A DNA stretch of 5,345 nt from Naegleria gruberi (lineage: Eukaryota), in the NCBI GenBank assembly GCA_000004985.1, contig GG739164.1, one strand, 5' to 3'. Within the stretch, counting starts at the first letter, position 1, and each line of letters starts with the position of its first letter. Shown piece by piece: positions 5,294 through 5,345 of the stretch. The position numbers were made by a program, and so were the translations under genes. Below the pieces are notes generated by a model. It made no database searches. It had not been told where the DNA came from and saw nothing but the letters and a program-made list of their open reading frames with translations.

Positions 5294-5345
5294 TTAGAAT
5301 ATCATTTGAGGATCAAACTATTTGCTCTCAAATGGCACAAAATCT

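Noticed and set aside
1-5345. Prokaryotic-style systems (CRISPR arrays, toxin-antitoxin, defence islands, operons with RBS)
   Set aside because: The sequence is spliced eukaryotic DNA. I saw no direct-repeat/spacer arrays, no Shine-Dalgarno-linked gene clusters and no rRNA or tRNA genes.

Overview
This window is eukaryotic nuclear DNA, AT-rich, with GT...AG introns of about 40-90 nt, N/Q-rich proteins, and a 1,048-nt run of N (an assembly gap). I found no prokaryotic defence system or CRISPR-like structure. Four things are readable directly from the sequence. (1) A complete Rab18-like small GTPase gene lies on the minus strand (33..1039). It is split into 8 exons, four of them micro-exons of 15-27 nt, with introns of 40-89 nt. 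The ORF track shows only the last exon. Joining the exons reconstitutes every Rab motif (GDSATGKS, TIGVDF, DTAGQERF, YYRNAHG, NKIDL, ETSAK, C-terminal CCW). (2) A single-exon 356-aa ORF lies on the minus strand (1189..2259). Its C-terminal two-thirds resemble the apolipoprotein-L (ApoL) pore-forming and membrane-addressing domain, including a glycine-zipper hydrophobic hairpin. Its N-terminus is a P/Q/Y-rich low-complexity region carrying PPxY (PY) motifs. Only about 150 bp separate its stop codon from the Rab18 start codon, and both genes are in the same orientation. (3) An N-rich plus-strand ORF (3972..) is interrupted by a 414-bp non-autonomous DNA transposon (a MITE). The element has perfect 20-bp terminal inverted repeats and an exact 8-bp target-site duplication (CGTAAATC). 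Removing the element plus one duplication copy restores a continuous ORF that stays open to 5293. (4) The assembly gap is at 2770..3817. ORF fragments on both sides run into it. Rab18 and an ApoL-like domain, together with the intron architecture, argue against the budding-yeast origin I first suspected from the N-rich, AT-rich look. An invertebrate metazoan or another compact-genome eukaryote is more likely, but I cannot determine the taxon from the sequence alone.
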